Source: Epithemia pelagica
Lineage: Eukaryota; Protista; Bacillariophyta
Assembly: GCA_946965045.2 (NCBI GenBank)
Contig: OX337239.1
Location: forward strand, 1,240,001-1,304,000
Direction of reading: 5' to 3'
DNA: 64,000 bases
The notes beneath the pieces were generated by a model. It was not told the DNA's origin. It did not search any database and saw only the letters and a list, made by a program, of their open reading frames with translations. Shown here one piece after another: positions 59,859 to 64,000 of this stretch; positions within the stretch are counted from its first letter, which is position 1; every line of letters starts with the position of its first letter. Made by a program: the position numbers and the translations under genes.

Positions 59859-61655
59859 ATGATTTTACTGCCAACGAATCAACTTTACAGTGGGAGGAGC
59901 AATAATCAACAAGAAGAACACAGCGAAAAATTTCCCGAGAACTCATCCCGACTACCTGCGAAACGAGAAATGGATAATGCAGTCCCCACAAGGGACAGTA
60001 TGGAAAGAAGTAAAAGTATCAGCGCGACTAGAACCGCGGACAGGGGATTTTCTTGGTTCGCTCCGGTTGGAACTACAGAGGCGTTGCGCCCAACCTCACG
60101 CTTGAGAAAAGAACGGTCAAAGTTTGTTGAACTGAGAGTTACAGATATTATTTGTTCGCGAAATAGTTTGGTTCAGAAACATCCTGGGAACCTACGGTAT
60201 AATATTGTGATCAGGATGTATCGTAAGGAGTATCAGTCTCCCAAAGCGACAAGGGATGAAAAGTCGAGAATTTCTCGTCATGTGTTGGACATTGTACAGG
60301 CCTATGGTGGTCGTTTTGTCAAGTAGGAGCCTGATGAAAAAGGGTACATCGAAATTGACATGACGGCCCGACGAGAAAAGGTATCCCATGCCCTTCGCTC
60401 GTACACAGATATTGATCGACGCAGAACCAAGAAATCGAAACCCTGGTTGTTACTTGGAGAAAATCAGGTGGCACCGATTGGGCAAGCAGCAGCGAGTCAG
60501 TTTACATGTGAAGCGCAAGAACGGACGAAAATGAAGATGAATCAGGCCGAGAAAGTGGATCCTCCACTTTCGACAATTCCTCTTATCATTCCTCCAGTGT
60601 ACCCATGCCCAAATGTATCGATTCCTTCAAGTACTTCTTTTACAAACGCACAGCACGGCAACTCGTCTCCGTCCTCTCTACGTCTGACGACCATTCAAGG
60701 AACCAGTTTGCTAGACTGCCAGGTGCCGGGTCTCACGGATTTGGGACCGTCACAAACGAGCCATGAATGCGCTAGTACCACGGCCAGCAATTCCACACCA
60801 TGCCTCTATCAGACAAGCCTTCCAACAACCAGTGTGCTTGGTGGTCCGATACCGGACCTCACGGATTTGGGACCGTCACTAACGAGCCGTGAATGCGCAA
60901 GTCCCTTGGCGAGCAATGCCACACCATTCCACGCTGCAGCAACAATGGGACCATCGGTTCCCAGTCCTTCCATGAAAGACGGTGACCTTCCGCGATATAA
61001 CTCTTCAATACATCGGCCGGTCTGGACGTCTGAAGTTCTTGACGCAACGAATGAGTTCGACGACATCGGAGATCTTCGCGAAGGCATTTCTCGTCAAAAT
61101 TTCTTTTTGCAGGCGGGCCCAATTGCTATGGACCACCAGTTGATGGATGAAAGAAGTGAACAGAGTCTCCTATGTCCATATGCAGCGAGTGACCAAAGAA
61201 GCGTAACCGAAATTGATGAATATCAAGAACCATTCATTTCGGAACACGGAACGCATCGTCGACTCAATAGTTTTCTGTACGAACAGCTGAACAGTCTTTC
61301 AACTGGACAAACACATGTCCAGGATTCCCAGTCAGCCAGGACTCAAGCAATCGGGACTAGGGATCATCAAGGTCATCAATGGCTCATGGAAGGCTTTGAG
61401 CAAACACGAAGAACGGCTACGCCATGGTCAGAATGTCGATTCCTTGGACCAAGCTCGCCAGTACCAAGAACCGCAAGGTGGCGAACTCAGATTCTGACAG
61501 CAAGCATGCTTCGCGAAGCATATAACCCGTTAAACAACAGCGGTCCTCGGGGGAAGCGACTTTGTCGTCAAGGTCTGTGTCGCAGGTACCGCCGAGTACC
61601 GCAGATAAGAAAGCATATCCCACGATTTTCGGTAAGATCACAGGGATCAAGGTGA
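59859..61655 (+). pseudogene. DUF6824-like paralog with one in-frame TAG (60324-60326)
   Basis: MILLPTNQL start parallels MILLHTNHL of the 37875 gene. GGRFVK*EPD aligns to GGRFLKYEPD; the downstream ORF 60360-61655 is in the same frame. Internal 126-bp duplication at 60726/60852. Confidence 0.8.
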
Positions 61656-61757
61656 CTTGAAGTCTCCTTCAAGACAAGAGCCACCACAAGACGGGAGTAG
61701 TTGAAGTTCTTACTCCTCGTAAGCTGTAGTAGTTTTACGTTCCATTTAGTCTCTGCC

Positions 61758-63971
61758 TCAAAACGAAGAGAACAATGCACTACTGCTTTGGTCACCACTC
61801 TCGGTGGACTTGTAGGAGTACGCGGTCGAACCGGTTGCATTCCCAAATGAGGATGGTGGTGGAGGAGGTCGTGTTGGTCTTCGATGACGCAACAGTTCGG
61901 TAGTTTCTCCGTCACTCATGGCATCGTTCTCTTCGTTGTTGTTCTTGTCATTGTCCAATTTTCCAAGGTTCTGTGAAAGAGACTGTGGTTGGACCTCTGA
62001 TTGTGTTTTCTCTTCTACCATTGGTTGTTGCTCTTCGTGAACCACTGGAACGACGGAAGATCCCCGAGCCGACGACGATAAGATTTGTTGGACCAAATGC
62101 GGTTTTTGTTGGACAATTTGAGCAATGTGGGGTGGCATGTTGGCCACAAAATCGGGTGGCAACGACCACATGCTACTGGTTTCGGGCACGGAGGCAGCTG
62201 GAGAAGGAGATTTGGCTTCTGTACCTCGATGCTGGATTCGAACATAGTGTGGTTCTTGTTGTCGTCCTTTGGATTGCTGCCATGACGGTGTGGCGCTGGC
62301 GTGCATCATTCCCGGAACGTGTGATTGTGGACCAGTTTGCTGCATTGTACTCGTGGCAATCGCCGGCTGGCCATTGTTCAGGCTGTTTGTGTTGGTCGCG
62401 AACGTTGGTAATTCCATCCCAAATCGATCATTCATCCGTTGATTGATTTGATTGTAGTAAGAACGATGATGAGAGCCAAATGTTTCTGGTGATTGACCCG
62501 ATGATGTCCTTGTTGAGCCAGCAGCAGTTGCGAGAGGATGCTCCGTCGCTGTGTCGACGAAATTTGAGCCGGCATTGATTCCGTGGGGTTCTGGGAACGA
62601 GGATACATCCATAGGCGTCAGAGCTGGAGTCGTGGTAGAAGTCGCAGCAGCAGGGGTGGTGGCGACTCCGTTGTCATCCTTGTGTGATGTACTTCCCTCA
62701 TGACTGGTCGATGGATACCGTTGTTCCAAATGCTTATGAATCCATTCTTGTACTAGCAATACTTGCCCATAGGGCAAGCACGTGGCTTGTCGAATTTCGG
62801 CCGCTGATGCTCGATTGAGTTGCCAACATGTGACTTCTTCCGGTCCCAAATACGACACGAGTTGGTCGGCCATGTGCTTTTGATCTTCTATGCGCGCCAT
62901 TTGGTACAACCAGTCCATGGACTCGGCTGGTGACCACTGCCGCCACCGAGACAAGAATACTGGATCCTGCCACCACACCACTGCACCAGCCGAGGTGGAG
63001 CTAGGATAGAAGTTGCCCATTGCATCTCTTGTGGCTGCGTCGTTCTCTTCTTGTCGTAGCGGTTCGAGTTCGTGTGATTCATTGTAGGAGCAATAGGAGT
63101 CTGTCAATGATGCATTGTAGGAATAAGAAGACGAAGATCCACGCAGTCCCAACCAGGCCCACCACGACCTCCTCGTGCTACCACCACCAACACCACGAAC
63201 CTGTTGGGCTGTGGCACTGGTGCCAATTTCGTCGCCTCTGCTGCTACTGCTAGGAGTATGTTGCCACACACTGTACACCAAATTCGTACATTGACGTGTG
63301 TGGCTACTGTGAATCACGGGTGACGAAGCGTCCTCGGCCGGGTTCTGATGGGAATGGAAACCCCAATTGTTCCATCCCCGTGTTGTGGTCTCGTTCCAGG
63401 CCAGGTAGGTAAAGGTTGTACAGGCCACCAAGACTGATGTTGTCGTCGAAACGAGGATCCACCAGGCGCCGGCGTGAGTCGCCGATGGAGACGATGAGCC
63501 AGTCCATATCAACAAACAGGCCAATAAAAGTTCCTGTACTAGCATCCCCACAAAACAACTAGGCACGGCCAAATCCAACGGCCCCAACAAAATGGTTCCC
63601 ACCATCCATGCCCTTTGGGATTGTCGACTATTAGTATCAGAAGGCTTTGCTTTTGCATCGGAGACTGGTCCCAAATTGTTCGTTCGTGCAAGTCTTCCTC
63701 CTGTTCTGAACAATGCTCCATGACCATCATCATCGTCCTGGTTTCCTTGTTGCTGTTGAGTGCTTAGTTGAGTGACAAAATAATGAGCCGTTACGGTGTA
63801 GGCCAAGGACGCCAAAAAGAGTGCGTGCGCAAACAACAAGGAAACATGGCTAGCGTTGACAAACGACACGTCCGCCAATATCGTTGAAGTGGTACTTGCG
63901 GTCGATTGCGAAAGACTCAACGAAGACGATGGAAGGGACATGGTCAACCAGAGTAAAGCAATCCATTGCAT
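61758..63971 (-). CDS. Hypothetical multi-pass membrane protein with a SAM-like domain
   Basis: Signal-like N-terminus and 3-4 hydrophobic segments; WSPAESMDWL...EEVTCWQL...LPYGQVLLVQEWI resembles the sterile-alpha-motif pattern. Confidence 0.6.
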   Translation of the reverse strand: MQWIALLWLTMSLPSSSLSLSQSTASTTSTILADVSFVNASHVSLLFAHALFLASLAYTVTAHYFVTQLSTQQQQGNQDDDDGHGALFRTGGRLARTNNLGPVSDAKAKPSDTNSRQSQRAWMVGTILLGPLDLAVPSCFVGMLVQELLLACLLIWTGSSSPSATHAGAWWILVSTTTSVLVACTTFTYLAWNETTTRGWNNWGFHSHQNPAEDASSPVIHSSHTRQCTNLVYSVWQHTPSSSSRGDEIGTSATAQQVRGVGGGSTRRSWWAWLGLRGSSSSYSYNASLTDSYCSYNESHELEPLRQEENDAATRDAMGNFYPSSTSAGAVVWWQDPVFLSRWRQWSPAESMDWLYQMARIEDQKHMADQLVSYLGPEEVTCWQLNRASAAEIRQATCLPYGQVLLVQEWIHKHLEQRYPSTSHEGSTSHKDDNGVATTPAAATSTTTPALTPMDVSSFPEPHGINAGSNFVDTATEHPLATAAGSTRTSSGQSPETFGSHHRSYYNQINQRMNDRFGMELPTFATNTNSLNNGQPAIATSTMQQTGPQSHVPGMMHASATPSWQQSKGRQQEPHYVRIQHRGTEAKSPSPAASVPETSSMWSLPPDFVANMPPHIAQIVQQKPHLVQQILSSSARGSSVVPVVHEEQQPMVEEKTQSEVQPQSLSQNLGKLDNDKNNNEENDAMSDGETTELLRHRRPTRPPPPPSSFGNATGSTAYSYKSTESGDQSSSALFSSF

Positions 63972-64000
63972 CCGCTCTTGTGGAGTGGTTGTTGCAATGG

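Overview
Eukaryotic genomic DNA, very probably from a (pennate) diatom: short GT-AG introns, DUF6824-type genes, bipartite signal+AF/AW plastid presequences and a CoDi-like copia element. Housekeeping genes are intact: fatty-acid elongase, AFG3/FtsH m-AAA protease, RPS21, GST-like/ProX/ProRS fusion, plastid heme oxygenase and an aquaporin. They are interleaved with a heavy load of young mobile elements. (1) A complete 7052-bp hAT transposon (46581-53632; perfect 16-bp TIRs, perfect 8-bp TSD) encodes an intact 1345-aa transposase AND a convergent 607-aa protein with an endonuclease III/NTH1-like HhH-GPD DNA glycosylase domain retaining both catalytic residues. This is the most interesting system in the window. 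(2) A full-length 7054-bp Ty1/copia element (18711-25764) has LTRs that look identical by eye, non-canonical TA...GA termini, a half-tRNA(iMet) primer site, a GGAUUUU -1 gag-pol frameshift and hydrophobic N-terminal extensions. It is inserted in a secreted metzincin-protease/PT-mucin gene. (3) A 1153-aa putative DDE transposase of unclear superfamily. (4) A ~1.3-kb MITE with ~95-bp TIRs plus an adjacent related terminus. All calls come from reading the sequence and ORF translations by eye; no database searches were run.
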